From contig MU054098.1 in assembly GCA_013239625.1 (NCBI GenBank), forward strand, positions 1,799,104 to 1,863,103: 64,000 nt of DNA, written 5' to 3'. Below the pieces are notes generated by a model. That model searched no databases and had not been told where the DNA came from. It worked only from the letters and a program-made list of their open reading frames with translations. Positions 63,802 through 64,000 of this stretch are shown one piece after another. Numbering within the stretch: the stretch's first letter is position 1; the number at the start of each line of letters is the position of its first letter. This DNA comes from Lama guanicoe. Its lineage: Eukaryota. The translations under genes and the position numbers were made by a program.

Positions 63802-64000
63802 CTGAAGCAGAGATCTTTTTTGCTTATGGTTTGTGTTGTTTTGTTATTTTGTTAATAGACACCATTGCTAAAGTTTTTTCCACTGCTAGGCAGGTCATAT
63901 GTGAAACATCTCAAACCCAGAGGCAGAGGGCAAGAGCTCAGGGGCCTTTCCCCACTACTGAGTAGTGGAAAGGCAGGATCCCTTTGCAAACTGAAAAAGA

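Noticed and set aside
63642..63965. 107-aa plus-strand ORF
   Set aside because: Non-ATG start, no recognisable motif, and antisense to a better-supported pseudo-exon.
1..64000. CRISPR arrays, prokaryotic systems, CpG island, tRNA or rRNA genes
   Set aside because: None seen; the sequence is CpG-depleted, repeat-rich mammalian DNA.

Overview
AT-rich, CpG-poor mammalian genomic DNA, probably camelid; this is inferred from the style of the young L1 3' ends and an LTR-like poly(A) retroposon, recognised from memory. Much of the window is interspersed repeat (L1 of several ages, L2, MIR, CR1/L3, MLT/ERV LTRs, hAT and Tigger DNA transposons). No intact protein-coding gene is supported. The main result lies in the unique DNA between repeats. 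It holds about 25 decayed minus-strand exons from ~63.8 kb down to ~6 kb, most with recognisable polypyrimidine-AG acceptors and GT donors, and several joins are phase-compatible. Translated by hand across stops and frameshifts, they give several RGS-type domains in order. The upstream half (63.8-38.4 kb) is colinear with RGSL1 as I recall its sequence. The downstream half (38.3-6 kb) begins with an RGS22-like N-terminus. This looks like an unprocessed, long-dead multi-RGS gene or tandem gene pair, with one exon split by a TSD-flanked L1. Other observations are an ancient U6-L1 chimera, a twin-primed L1, a tandem L1 3' pair within one TSD, and two short TSD-flanked retro-inserts. All homology calls are by eye from memory and need alignment to confirm.
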